DNA of 64,000 nucleotides from contig CAVVDW010000021.1 in the NCBI GenBank assembly GCA_963747175.1, forward strand, positions 612 to 64,611, in the 5' to 3' direction. The DNA is from an uncultured Alphaproteobacteria bacterium (lineage in GTDB: Bacteria; Pseudomonadota; Alphaproteobacteria; Rhizobiales; Methyloligellaceae). The notes under the pieces are model-generated. The model ran no database searches. It was given only the letters and a program-made list of their open reading frames with translations, and was not told the DNA's origin. Positions 8,097 through 17,860 of the stretch are shown piece by piece; the first letter of the stretch is position 1, and each line of letters opens with the position of its first letter. Made by a program: the position numbers and the translations under genes.

Positions 8097-8285
8097 ATCG
8101 CGAAGGCCGCCCTTACCGGTCGTCCTCTCGATGCCCCGTCGTGCACGGCAATGCCGACGCCTCATGACGGGGGATTAATCGCTGCGCGGGCATAAATCGC
8201 CGTGCGGCGGTAAACCGCTTTGTCATGGACCCGTCAGGGGGTAGGGCTATGACAATTCGTCTTTGTCATTACCAGGAGACCTCCC

Positions 8286-9068
8286 ATGCTCTCTGGCAAG
8301 ACTGCGGTCATCACCGGATCGACCAGCGGCATCGGGCTTGGCATCGCTGAGAGCCTTGCCGCCTCGGGCGCCAATATCGTGCTCAACGGTTTTGGCGACC
8401 CCAAGGCCATCGAGGAGACGAGAGCCAAGCTCGCCCGCGCCACGAATGTCGGCGTCGTCTACAGCGCCGCAGATATGAGCCGCCCGGCCGAAATCGAGGC
8501 CATGATGGCGCTCGCCGCGAAGGAGTTCGGGCGCGTCGACATCCTGGTCAACAATGCCGGCATCCAGCATGTCGATCCGATCGAGGACTTTCCCACCGAC
8601 AAGTGGGACGCCATCATCGCCATTACGCTCTCGGCCGCGTTCCACGCGACCCGCCTCGTCGTGCCCTCGATGAAGCAGCAGAATTGGGGGCGGATCATCA
8701 ATATCGCCTCGGCGCACGCGCTCGTCGCCTCTCCGTTCAAATCGGCCTATGTCGCCGCCAAGCATGGCCTCGCCGGCTTAACCAAGACTGTCGCCCTCGA
8801 GGTCGCCACGCATGGCATCACCGTCAATGCCGTGTGCCCGGGCTACGTCCTGACGCCGCTCGTCGAGCATCAGATCCCGGAGCAGGCCAAGGCGCGCGGC
8901 ATCTCCGAGGAGGACGTCGTCCGCAACGTGCTGCTTGCCGCGCAACCCACCAAGCGTTTCGTGACGGTGCCTGAGATCGCGGGCCTCGTCCACTTCCTCT
9001 GCGGCGACGACGCCAAATCGATCACCGGCGCCATGCTGCCCATCGATGGCGGCTGGACCGCGGAGTAG
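8286..9068 (+). CDS. bdhA: 3-hydroxybutyrate dehydrogenase (SDR)
   Basis: TGSTSGIG, NNAGIQHV, SAHALVASPFKSAYVAAKHG motifs. Confidence 0.92.
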   Translation: MLSGKTAVITGSTSGIGLGIAESLAASGANIVLNGFGDPKAIEETRAKLARATNVGVVYSAADMSRPAEIEAMMALAAKEFGRVDILVNNAGIQHVDPIEDFPTDKWDAIIAITLSAAFHATRLVVPSMKQQNWGRIINIASAHALVASPFKSAYVAAKHGLAGLTKTVALEVATHGITVNAVCPGYVLTPLVEHQIPEQAKARGISEEDVVRNVLLAAQPTKRFVTVPEIAGLVHFLCGDDAKSITGAMLPIDGGWTAE

Positions 9069-9076
9069 GAGGCGGC

Positions 9077-9826
9077 ATGCGCAAGGAAGACGTGCTGAAG
9101 CTGCCATCGATGCCGGCGGCAGGTCCGAGCTACCCGGCGGGGCCCTATCGCTTCGTCAATCGGGAATACATGGTCATAACCTACGAGACGGACGCGCAGG
9201 CCATCCGCGCGCAACTGCCTGAGCCGCTCGAGCCGCTCGAAGGATCCCTGGTCCACTACGAATGGATCAAGATGCCGGACAGCTCCGGCTTCGGCAGCTA
9301 CACGGAGTTGGGTTTGGTCATCCCGTGCCGATTTAAGGACGAGGAGGTCAATTTCGTCTCGCAGATGTATCTCGACGACGATCCGCCGATCGCCGCGGGG
9401 CGCGAGATCTGGGGCTTTCCCAAGAAATACGCTCACCCCAAGCTCGAAATCGTCAAGGACACGCTGACCGGCACGCTCGAATATGGCGGGCAGCTCGTGG
9501 CGATGGGCACGATGGGATATAAGCACGAGGCGATGGCGGGAAACGGCGAGCGGACGCGCGCCGCTCTGTCGAAGACGCAAGTCAATCTGAAGCTCATCCC
9601 GGGGGTCGACGGGTCGCCCGAGATCTGCCAGCTCGTCGCCTATAATCTCACCGAGATCAATGTGAAGGGGTCATGGATCGGACCGGGGCGGCTCCATCTC
9701 GTGCCCCATGTCAACGCGCCGGTCGCCGATCTTCCCGTGAAGAAGATCATCGTCGCGCATCATTTCTTGGCCGACCTCACGCTGCCTTATGGCCGCGTCA
9801 TCTACGACTATAACCGCGACGTGTGA
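9077..9826 (+). CDS. adc: Acetoacetate decarboxylase
   Basis: PYRFVNREY, GREIWGFPKK (Schiff-base Lys region); operonic with bdhA. Confidence 0.9.
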   Translation: MRKEDVLKLPSMPAAGPSYPAGPYRFVNREYMVITYETDAQAIRAQLPEPLEPLEGSLVHYEWIKMPDSSGFGSYTELGLVIPCRFKDEEVNFVSQMYLDDDPPIAAGREIWGFPKKYAHPKLEIVKDTLTGTLEYGGQLVAMGTMGYKHEAMAGNGERTRAALSKTQVNLKLIPGVDGSPEICQLVAYNLTEINVKGSWIGPGRLHLVPHVNAPVADLPVKKIIVAHHFLADLTLPYGRVIYDYNRDV

Positions 9827-9840
9827 GCGAAGCCTCTAGG

Positions 9841-10158
9841 CTAGCGCGGGACCAGCCCACCTTGGGGCAGCTTGAACGTCGGCGGACCGCCAGTCGATCC
9901 TCCTGAGGTCCCGCCCGTCCCTCCCGTCGAGCCTTCTGACGCTCCGCCAGTCGAGGGTTTGACGCAAGCAAACGCGTTGTTCCCGGTCGATGTGAGGTTC
10001 GTGCCCTTGGGGCAGACGCACCTGCCGTCCTTCACCTTTCCGCCGGTGCAGGTGATTTCAGGCGGAGTCTTGACGCACGCATAGGCGTTAGTTCCGGTCT
10101 GCTTGGTATCGTAACCCTCCGGACAGACACACTCGCCGTTCTTCACCTGGCCGCCGGT
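9841..10158 (-). pseudogene. 3' remnant of a Cys-rich repeat protein with Gly/Ser/Thr-rich tail
   Basis: Two repeats of (C)TGG.VK.G.CVCP.G...TG.NA.ACVK; 5' part missing. Confidence 0.65.
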
Positions 10159-10290
10159 ATCCTTGGAGGCCTGATCCTCCTGTCGGCGGCAATCCTCCTG
10201 TGGCGTCGCTCGAGGGTCAGCCTGCCCGAGATCGCCGTCTATGCGATGGGGGTGGCTTCGGCCTTCGTCGCCGTCCTGCTTCTCGTCTGA
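10156..10290 (+). pseudogene. 3' remnant of a membrane protein
   Basis: GILGGLILLSAAILLWRRSRVSLPEIAVYAMGVASAFVAVLLLV*, high GC3, no start codon. Confidence 0.55.
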
Positions 10291-10425
10291 GCGATAGCTC
10301 CCCTCGTCCTGCACGCGTTTTTCGATCGGGCCATTTGAAAACCCAATCGACAACGCTTCTCCCGCTTCGTAGGCTGATCTGGATCAGTCCCGCAAAGGGC
10401 AATGCAAAGGGGAGGGGCTAAGCCC

Positions 10426-12558
10426 ATGAATGACCAGCCGCAACGCCAAACCTTTTTCGGCGCCTGTCCGCATGACTGCCCCGACACCTGCGCCATGATC
10501 TACGAGGTTGACGACGGCAAGCTGGTCGAGGTCAGGGGCAATCGCGAGCATCCCATGACCCGCGGCGGGCTCTGCGTGAAGCTGAAGGACTTTCACGACC
10601 ACCACGCCAACCCGGATCGGCTCAAATATCCCTTGCGCCGGACTGGACCGAAGGGCTCGAAGCAGTTCGAGCGCATCTCCTGGGATGAGGCGATCGGGGA
10701 GATCGGCAAGCGCTGGCGCGAGATCATCGCGACCCATGGCAGCCAGGCGATCATGCCCTACTCCTATCTCGGCAATATGGGCCTCGTGCAGGGCATCAAT
10801 TCCGGCGATCCGTTCTTCAACCGGCTCGGCACGACGGTGAACGAGAAGACCTTCTGCGCGTCGGGCTCATCGACCGCATGGCTTCTCACCGTCGGCCCGA
10901 CCGGCGGCGTCGACCCCGAGAGCTTCGTGCACTCTCGCTATATCGTGATCTGGGCCTGCAACTCGATCTCGACCAATCTGCATCATTGGCCATTTGTGCT
11001 CGAAGCGCAGAAGAAGGGCGCCAAGGTGGTGGTGATCGATTCTTACCGGTCGCGCACGGCCAAGGCCGCCGACTGGCATATCTGCCCGCGGCCCGGCACC
11101 GACGGCGCCTTGGCCATGGGCTTCATCAATTCGATCATCAGCCAGGGCCTCGTCGATCGCGATTACGTCGATCAGCACACGTATGGCTTCGAGGCGCTGA
11201 AGGCGCGCGCCGCGGAGTTCACCCCGGACTATGTCGAGAAGATCACCGGCGTCAAAGCGGCGGACGTCACGACGTTTGCCAAAGAGTTCGCGACCACACA
11301 GCCTTCGGTCATCCGCATCGGCGTCGCGCTCGAGCGACATGCGGGCGGGGGCCAGGCGATCCGGGCGGTGTGCGCGCTGCCGGCTCTCGTCGGCTCATGG
11401 CGCCACGTCGGCGGCGGTCTGCTGCAGATGCCGCTCTGGGACTTCCCCGTCGATTGGATGAAGGTCTCGCGCGGGGATTGGATCAAACCCGGCACGCGCG
11501 CGATCAACAATCTCAAGCTTGGTGCGGCGCTGACCGGCGAGATGAAGCTCGATCCACCGCTGAAGAGCCTGTTCGTGTTCTGCACCAACCCGGTGAGCCA
11601 GGCGCCTGAGACCAACAAGATCGTCAAGGGGTTGCAGCGCGAGGATCTCTTCACAGTCGTCGCCGAGCATTTCCTCACCGACACCGCGAAATACGCCGAC
11701 ATCGTGCTCCCCGCCGCCATGGCGGGCGAAGCCGAGGACATGATGTGGTCCTGGGGACATTTCTATTTCACCTATAACCAGAAGGCGGTCGATGCGCCGG
11801 GCGAATGCAAGCCGACATCCGAGATGTGGCGGCTGCTCGCCAAGGAAATGGGCTTCGACGATCCCATCTTCAAAATGACCGACAGCGAGCTTGCCGCTCA
11901 CTACATCAACTGGACCGATCCCAAGATGGGCGGCATCGACATGGAGCATTTCAAGACGCACGGCTATTACAAGATCGACGTCGGCTCGGCCGATACGCGG
12001 GCGCCGCACAAGGACGGCAAGTTCCCCACCCCATCAGGCAAGGTGGAATTCCTGCTGCACGATGCCAAGAACTTCGTGGCGGGTCCGTTCCGCGCTATGT
12101 ACGAGGGCGATCAGGACGGCTCGCCGGTCGATCCGCTGCCGGGCTATCTGCCCAACCGCGAGGCGCCGGAGACTAATCCCGAGCGAGCCAAGCTCTATGC
12201 GCTCAGCATCATCTCGCCGAAGAGCCACGGATTCCTGAACTCGTGCTACGCCAACGAGAAGCACAAGATCAAGGGGCAGGGCGAGCAGTTCGTGCTAATC
12301 TCGCCGGCCGACGCCGCCAAGCGGAATATCCGCGAGGGCGACCCGGTGCGGGTCTACAACGACCGCGGCGATTTCGAGGGCGTGGCCAAGGTTACCGACG
12401 ACGTCAATCCCGGCATCGTCGTGGCGACGCTCGGCTATTGGCGAAGCCTCAACCGCTCCGACGGATCGGTGAATTCGATCTCATCCGACGCGCATTGCGG
12501 GCTCGGGCGCGCGCCGACCTTCTCCGACAATCTGGTCGAGGTGTCGCGCGTCAACTGA
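10426..12558 (+). CDS. Molybdopterin (bis-MGD) oxidoreductase of uncharacterised subfamily, cytoplasmic
   Basis: N-terminal CPHDCPDTC...GLCVK Fe-S motif, C-terminal molybdopterin dinucleotide-binding domain, no Tat signal. Confidence 0.9.
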   Translation: MNDQPQRQTFFGACPHDCPDTCAMIYEVDDGKLVEVRGNREHPMTRGGLCVKLKDFHDHHANPDRLKYPLRRTGPKGSKQFERISWDEAIGEIGKRWREIIATHGSQAIMPYSYLGNMGLVQGINSGDPFFNRLGTTVNEKTFCASGSSTAWLLTVGPTGGVDPESFVHSRYIVIWACNSISTNLHHWPFVLEAQKKGAKVVVIDSYRSRTAKAADWHICPRPGTDGALAMGFINSIISQGLVDRDYVDQHTYGFEALKARAAEFTPDYVEKITGVKAADVTTFAKEFATTQPSVIRIGVALERHAGGGQAIRAVCALPALVGSWRHVGGGLLQMPLWDFPVDWMKVSRGDWIKPGTRAINNLKLGAALTGEMKLDPPLKSLFVFCTNPVSQAPETNKIVKGLQREDLFTVVAEHFLTDTAKYADIVLPAAMAGEAEDMMWSWGHFYFTYNQKAVDAPGECKPTSEMWRLLAKEMGFDDPIFKMTDSELAAHYINWTDPKMGGIDMEHFKTHGYYKIDVGSADTRAPHKDGKFPTPSGKVEFLLHDAKNFVAGPFRAMYEGDQDGSPVDPLPGYLPNREAPETNPERAKLYALSIISPKSHGFLNSCYANEKHKIKGQGEQFVLISPADAAKRNIREGDPVRVYNDRGDFEGVAKVTDDVNPGIVVATLGYWRSLNRSDGSVNSISSDAHCGLGRAPTFSDNLVEVSRVN

Positions 12559-12564
12559 GGCGCC

Positions 12565-13701
12565 TTACATCGCGCGCTCTTTCGGGTCGGTATCGATCTC
12601 GCGCGTGAGGTCGAACACGCGCACGCCCTCCTCCGGTGGTTTGCGGTTCTTCCAGGCCGGATGGTTCAACGTGCGCATCACGTCGGCGCGCCCTGCCTGC
12701 CAATGCTCCTCGATCGAATAGCGCGAGAACTCGTAATCGTTCGACTCGGTCCAATAGGCAGCGCGGCGATGGATGAGCTGCACGATGGTGACGGCGGCGT
12801 CGCAGCTCAAGCGGTCGAGCAGTTGCCAGTGTGGGTTGTCGTCGAACTCGGGGGGCAGCTTGCCGCGCAAATGGCGGATGGCGCGGCGCATGGCTTGAAG
12901 CTTGCAGAAGATATCGGTGTTGAGCCGCGTGCGGCTCGAATAGCGGATTTCCTTCTCGCGTTGCGGAACCTCGAACAGGTTGTCGGGCAAGCAGCCTCTC
13001 GCGCTGAAGAGGTCGATCTGGAAGATGCACATGTTCTCGCGCGGGCCACTATGTTCGAGCACTTGCTGGAGCGGCGTGTTCGACACGAGCCCCCCGTCCC
13101 AATAAGGCTCTCCGTCGATCTCTATCGGGGGAAAGCCCGGAGGCAGCGCGCCGCTCGCCATCACATGGTCGGGCCCGATCCTCTGGTGGCTGGTGTCGAA
13201 ATATTGGTGGTTGCCAGTGAGCACCTGGACGGCGCCGATGCTGAGGCGAACCGCTCCGGAATTCAGCAGGTCGAAATCGACGAGGTCGAGCAAAGTGTCT
13301 CGGAGCGGAGCCGTGTCGTAGATGCTGATCGCCGCTTTCGTTCCTTGCGGGCTCAGCACGGCTGGCGGTATGCGCGGTGCGAAGAACCCCGGTACGCCGG
13401 ACAGCGCCGCAAGCGCGGCGCTCGTCTCGTTGAACACGCGCCGGGAATTGTCATCCTTGGCAAGTGGCCGGCCAGGGAGCCAGCTCGACACGCCATCCCA
13501 AAAGGCTCGCAAGCGTTCGACGCGCTTCTCCGGTGGATTGCCGGCGATGATCGAGGAATTGACGGCGCCGATCGAGACACCCGCGACCCAGCTGGGCATC
13601 TCGCCGGCCTCCGCAAGAGCCTCGTAAGCTCCGGCCTGATAGGCACCGAGCGCTCCGCCGCCCTGGAGCACGAGAATTGTCTTCTCGTCAAAAGCCGTCA
13701 T
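12565..13701 (-). CDS. Patatin-like phospholipase with DUF3734-like C-terminus
   Basis: GGGALGAYQAG, GVSIG, DGG motifs. Confidence 0.9.
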   Translation of the reverse strand: MTAFDEKTILVLQGGGALGAYQAGAYEALAEAGEMPSWVAGVSIGAVNSSIIAGNPPEKRVERLRAFWDGVSSWLPGRPLAKDDNSRRVFNETSAALAALSGVPGFFAPRIPPAVLSPQGTKAAISIYDTAPLRDTLLDLVDFDLLNSGAVRLSIGAVQVLTGNHQYFDTSHQRIGPDHVMASGALPPGFPPIEIDGEPYWDGGLVSNTPLQQVLEHSGPRENMCIFQIDLFSARGCLPDNLFEVPQREKEIRYSSRTRLNTDIFCKLQAMRRAIRHLRGKLPPEFDDNPHWQLLDRLSCDAAVTIVQLIHRRAAYWTESNDYEFSRYSIEEHWQAGRADVMRTLNHPAWKNRKPPEEGVRVFDLTREIDTDPKERAM

Positions 13702-13711
13702 GACTGGCGCA

Positions 13712-14050
13712 CTATTCCGCGGCGATCTTTGCGCCTTTGGCCTTCACCTTTTGCAGGGAGGTGAACCCCTCGAACTCGGGATGGCCGAGATAGAGCGGCT
13801 TGTTTCCGCCGGCACCCGCATGCGCCTTGCGGAAGGCCTCAGATTGCGTCCAGGCGCGGAAATTTGCCTCCGAGCGCCATGTCGAATGCGAGGCGTACAA
13901 CACATGGCCGTCCTGCTCGGGACCTTTGAGCAGATGAAACTCGATGAAGCCCGGGACCTCTTCGAGATGCGTCTTGCGGCTGAGCCAGACCTGCTCGAAG
14001 TCACGCTCGGACCCTTTCTTGACCTTGAACCGGTTCATGGCAATGAACAT
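13712..14050 (-). CDS. ABM-family monooxygenase, heme-degrading HmuQ/IsdG-like
   Basis: MFIAMNRF...FE.VW..R...PGF..FHLL...W...AFRKAH. Confidence 0.85.
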   Translation of the reverse strand: MFIAMNRFKVKKGSERDFEQVWLSRKTHLEEVPGFIEFHLLKGPEQDGHVLYASHSTWRSEANFRAWTQSEAFRKAHAGAGGNKPLYLGHPEFEGFTSLQKVKAKGAKIAAE

Positions 14051-14293
14051 TGACGCACTCCTTCACTTGCACTCATGACGGGCTGAACCAAGGATAGCCG
14101 ACAGGCGTTGGCCCCCGTAGCATTTTCGGTAAGAGCTTAAGCCACTCCACATCGTGATTTTTATCAAGGCGTGACAAGTGGCCTCAGGGATGGGATTCGT
14201 TCTGCAAGCTGGCCTTTTCCGCGAGCGCACCCCATCTTGTTGCCGAGAGCGCAGGTTTTCGCGCTTTTCCCGCCCATTCTTCGAGGAGAACCC

Positions 14294-14827
14294 ATGAGTA
14301 AGGAAACGACTGTCAAGGAGCGCCGCAAGGCGCCGCTGACCACGCCGACCGACCTCGGCGACAATGCCCGCAAGGACATCACCGGCGCGCTGAACGCGCT
14401 GCTGGCCGACGTGTTCGCGCTCTATCTCAAGACCAAGAACTTCCATTGGCATGTGAGCGGGCCACACTTCCGCGACTATCATTTGCTCCTCGACGAGCAG
14501 GCCGACCAGATCTTCGCCATCACCGACGACATTGCCGAGCGGGTGCGCAAGGTGGGCGGCATCACGTTGCATTCGATCGGCAATATCGCGCGGCTCCAGC
14601 GCATCCCGGACAACGATGCCGACTATGTCGATCCCCTCGATATGCTGGCCGAGCTCAGGTCCGACAACCAGGCGCTGATCGCAAGCATGCGCGAGGCGCA
14701 TGATCTTTGCGACGAGGAGAACGACGTGGCGACCACGAGCCTGCTCGAAGTGTGGATCGATCAGGCCGAGCGGCGCGTGTGGTTCCTCTATGAGGCGAGC
14801 CGCAGGGGCGATCCGACCGGTCACTAG
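14294..14827 (+). CDS. dps: Dps-family DNA starvation/stationary phase protein
   Basis: KTKNFHWHVSGPHFRDYHLLLDEQ...DDIAER; SD GAGGAG. Confidence 0.92.
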   Translation: MSKETTVKERRKAPLTTPTDLGDNARKDITGALNALLADVFALYLKTKNFHWHVSGPHFRDYHLLLDEQADQIFAITDDIAERVRKVGGITLHSIGNIARLQRIPDNDADYVDPLDMLAELRSDNQALIASMREAHDLCDEENDVATTSLLEVWIDQAERRVWFLYEASRRGDPTGH

Positions 14828-14939
14828 TGCGCGACGAAGCGTGCGGGATCATCAGCCCGGGAACTTTTTCGCGGTTTCCGGGCTTTTTCTTGCCAAATGG
14901 CCCGCCCGGGGCCATCCCCACCGCCATTCGGAGAACGCC

Positions 14940-15430
14940 ATGAGACATCCTTGGTCGGCGGCAGCCTTGGCCATGCTCGTTCCGCTCGCGCTAGCAGCCT
15001 GCGGGGCGCCCAGCACTCCGGACTTCGTCCAGCAGGTTGCCATGAGCGACCTGTACGAGGTGGAGGCGGGCAAGATCGCAGCCGCCAAGGGCCAGTCTGA
15101 CGCGGTGAAGCAGTTCGGCCAGCATATGGTCGAGGCCCACGCGCAGACCACAGCCGAACTGAAGGGCGTCGTCGAGGCGGAGAAGATCGATGTCGCTCTT
15201 CCCACCTCGACGAGAAGCATCAGCGCATGATCGAGGATCTGAATGCCGCGCATGACGCGGATTTCGACAAGACCTACGCCAGGCAGCAGGTCAGCGCGCA
15301 TGAGAAGGCCGTCGATCTGTTCTCGCAATATTCCGACAAGGGCGACGACGCCGTGGTGAAAGCCTTCGCCGCGAAGACGCTGCCGGTCATCAATCAGCAT
15401 CTCGAGGAGGCCAAGAAGCTCGCTCAATGA
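14940..15430 (+). pseudogene. DUF4142 lipoprotein, frameshift near 15205
   Basis: Lipobox LAAC; SDLYEVEAGK...VKQFGQHM; second half DFDKTYARQQV.AH...LP....HL in another frame. Confidence 0.8.
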
Positions 15431-15497
15431 GGCGCTCTTGCTGTTGCCTGTAGAGGAATTGTTTCAGGGGCTTGAGAGGCGCGGCTCAGCGTTTGAG

Positions 15498-16697
15498 TCA
15501 GTCGGGCGCCGCATAGAGCCAATCGAATCTGCTGAGCAGACGCTCGCCCCGCCGGGAGCGCAGCACAAGGTTCCGGGCGAGCCGCATGGCGCCCGCCATG
15601 TGATAGTGCTTCCCGTTTCGCTGTGAGCGTTCGGCGACACGCGCAGCGCGCTCCTTGCACATCGCTTCGTAGAGCGGAAAGCCCCTCAGAGCGTCTCCGC
15701 CACTCTCAGCCAAAGTCTTCGCCAGAGCGACAGCATCCTCGATGGCGAGAGCGGCGCCTTGGGCGAGATAGGGAAGAATGGGGTGGGCGGCATCGCCTAG
15801 AAGCGTGATCCTGCCGCTCGTCCACGAGGGCAAGCCGGTCAGACGATAAAGCGACCAGCACCGCCAGCCTGGCGCTCTTCCCAGCAATGATCTCGCCTTC
15901 TTGCACCAGCCTGCGAAGGCGGACCTCAAGACCGCTGCATCGCCGGCCTGGTTCCAGCTGCGCGTGTCGGAACCGCCTTCGGTGACGGCGACGACATTGA
16001 GCTCCTTGCCGCCGCGCACCGGGTAATGCACGAGATGCGTGTCAGGCCCGAGCCATATCGAGACGACCGGCGCGTCGAAGGGATGCGTGAGCTCACCGCG
16101 GGGAAGGAGGGTGCGCCAGGCGGTGGCGCCGGTGAAGAGTAGCCGCGCGTCCGGCGCGATCAGCTTGCGCACCTCCGACCAGATGCCGTCGGCGCCGATC
16201 AGCGCGGGGGCTGCAGCGACGCGCCCATCGGCGGCGATTGCCTTGACGCTTGCATCGAGGACGCTTGCGTCGAGCTCCTCGACGCCGGTCAGGTCAAAGC
16301 CTCCCCTCAGCGTTACGCCAGGAGCCGCCTTGCAGGCGGCGTGAAGCGCCGCGTGGAGGTCGGCGCGGTGAAGCGTGAGATAGGGGGCGCCGTAGCGCGC
16401 CTCGGCATAGGTGCCGAGTGGAATCTCGGCGAGGCGCTTGCCCGAGAGCCCATCGAAGATGAAGATTGCTGCCGGCCTGAACGCGACCTGCTCGATCGCC
16501 TCTAGCATGCCGAGCCGCTCGAGGAGGCGCGTGGCATTCGGTCCAAGCTGGATTCCGGCCCCGCTCTCTTCCTGGAAGTCCGAGCGCTCCAATACCGTTA
16601 CGCTCAAATCCTGCCGCGTGAGCGCGATTGCAGCGCTAAGTCCGCCGATCCCGCCGCCGGCTATCAGGAACTCGGTCTCCGGCGTCCGCGTGGTCAT
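15498..16697 (-). CDS. FAD-dependent monooxygenase, salicylate-hydroxylase-like
   Basis: GGGIGG, GADGIWS, LLGDAAHP..PYLAQGA motifs. Confidence 0.9.
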   Translation of the reverse strand: MTTRTPETEFLIAGGGIGGLSAAIALTRQDLSVTVLERSDFQEESGAGIQLGPNATRLLERLGMLEAIEQVAFRPAAIFIFDGLSGKRLAEIPLGTYAEARYGAPYLTLHRADLHAALHAACKAAPGVTLRGGFDLTGVEELDASVLDASVKAIAADGRVAAAPALIGADGIWSEVRKLIAPDARLLFTGATAWRTLLPRGELTHPFDAPVVSIWLGPDTHLVHYPVRGGKELNVVAVTEGGSDTRSWNQAGDAAVLRSAFAGWCKKARSLLGRAPGWRCWSLYRLTGLPSWTSGRITLLGDAAHPILPYLAQGAALAIEDAVALAKTLAESGGDALRGFPLYEAMCKERAARVAERSQRNGKHYHMAGAMRLARNLVLRSRRGERLLSRFDWLYAAPD

Positions 16698-16709
16698 GAA
16701 GTCCCGGGC

Positions 16710-16976
16710 TCAGGCCGCCGGCGCGCCAGGCGGCGAGGTCGCCACGTAGACGCAAGAAGGCGGGTCGCTCTCTCCGTCCGAGAGGGCCGCATCGTGCACG
16801 AACAGCGTCGAGCAATAGGGACAGACGATCTGTGCGTCGTGCCCCATGTCGAGATAGACGTGAGGATGGTCGTGGGGCGGCGCCGCGCCCATGCACTGAA
16901 ATTCCTTGACGCCGATCTTGATCTTGTCGACGCCCTTGTCGTTTACGAAATGTGGCACCTCAGTTTGCGCCGCCAT
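16710..16976 (-). CDS. zf-CHCC zinc-finger domain protein
   Basis: FQCMGAAPPHDHPHVYL...CPYCSTLF. Confidence 0.85.
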   Translation of the reverse strand: MAAQTEVPHFVNDKGVDKIKIGVKEFQCMGAAPPHDHPHVYLDMGHDAQIVCPYCSTLFVHDAALSDGESDPPSCVYVATSPPGAPAA

Positions 16977-17049
16977 GACCCTGCCGGTTCCAATCTTCTT
17001 AACAGTGGCGCGCAGCATAGTGACCCTTTGGAGAAAGCGGTAGAGCGGA

Positions 17050-17802
17050 ATGCCGAGCTTCGATTCTGACGGCGTCGAGATCGCCTATATGGACGAGGGG
17101 GAGGGCGCGCCCATCCTGCTCGTCCACGGCTTTGCCTCCAATGTCGTGACGAATTGGGTCGATCCGGGCTGGGTGCGCATGCTCGCGCAAAGCGGGCGCA
17201 GGGTCATCGCCTATGACAACAGAGGTCATGGCAGGAGCGAGAAGCTCTACGATCCGGAGGTCTATGGCGCGGCGTCGATGGCGGAGGACGCGCGGCGGCT
17301 GCTCGATCACCTTGCCATCGCGCAGGTCGACGTCATGGGCTATTCGATGGGGGCCCGCATCGCCGCCTTCCTCGTTCTGGCGCATCAAGGCCGCGTGCGG
17401 AGCGCGGTCCTTGGCGGGCTCGGCATCAATATGGTGAAGGGCACGGTCGGGAGCGGCCCGATCGCCAAGGCGCTCGAAGCACCGCGCATCGAGGACGTCG
17501 TCAACGAAACGGCGCGAAGCTTCAGGGCCTTCGCCGAGCAGACGAGAAGCGATCTCAAGGCCCTTGCCGCCTGCATCAGGGGACCGCGCGAGAGAATCAC
17601 GCCCGAGCAGCTCGCGACCATCGCCGTTCCAACCCTCGTTGCCGTCGGTAGCAACGACGTGATCGCGGGCTCAGCCGCCGAGCTTGCATCCTTGATCCCG
17701 GGCGCCAAATTTCTCGATATTCCGGGCCGCGACCATATGCGGGCAGTGGGCGATGCCACCTTCAGGCAGGGCGTGCTCGACTTTTTAACCCAGCGGCCTT
17801 AA
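17050..17802 (+). CDS. Alpha/beta hydrolase
   Basis: LLVHGF, DNRGHGRS, GYSMG nucleophile elbow, DH catalytic His. Confidence 0.9.
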   Translation: MPSFDSDGVEIAYMDEGEGAPILLVHGFASNVVTNWVDPGWVRMLAQSGRRVIAYDNRGHGRSEKLYDPEVYGAASMAEDARRLLDHLAIAQVDVMGYSMGARIAAFLVLAHQGRVRSAVLGGLGINMVKGTVGSGPIAKALEAPRIEDVVNETARSFRAFAEQTRSDLKALAACIRGPRERITPEQLATIAVPTLVAVGSNDVIAGSAAELASLIPGAKFLDIPGRDHMRAVGDATFRQGVLDFLTQRP

Positions 17803-17860
17803 GGCCATATGCTAATTATGCTGAAAGTTCCCCTTTAACGGGGGAGTCAGTGAGGATGCG

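Noticed and set aside
9841-10353. 170-aa intact ORF from the track
   Set aside because: N-terminal third reads as antisense of a membrane-protein tail; no signal peptide for a Cys-rich protein
12661-13764. 367-aa plus-strand ORF and similar long antisense ORFs (27452-28585, 29549-30949, 31070-32149, 57949-59043)
   Set aside because: Shadow frames of well-supported genes in high-GC DNA; no motifs
14860-14887. EcfG promoter upstream of the DUF4142 gene
   Set aside because: GGAAC present but the -10 (GGCTTT) is only a partial match; plausible, not supportable
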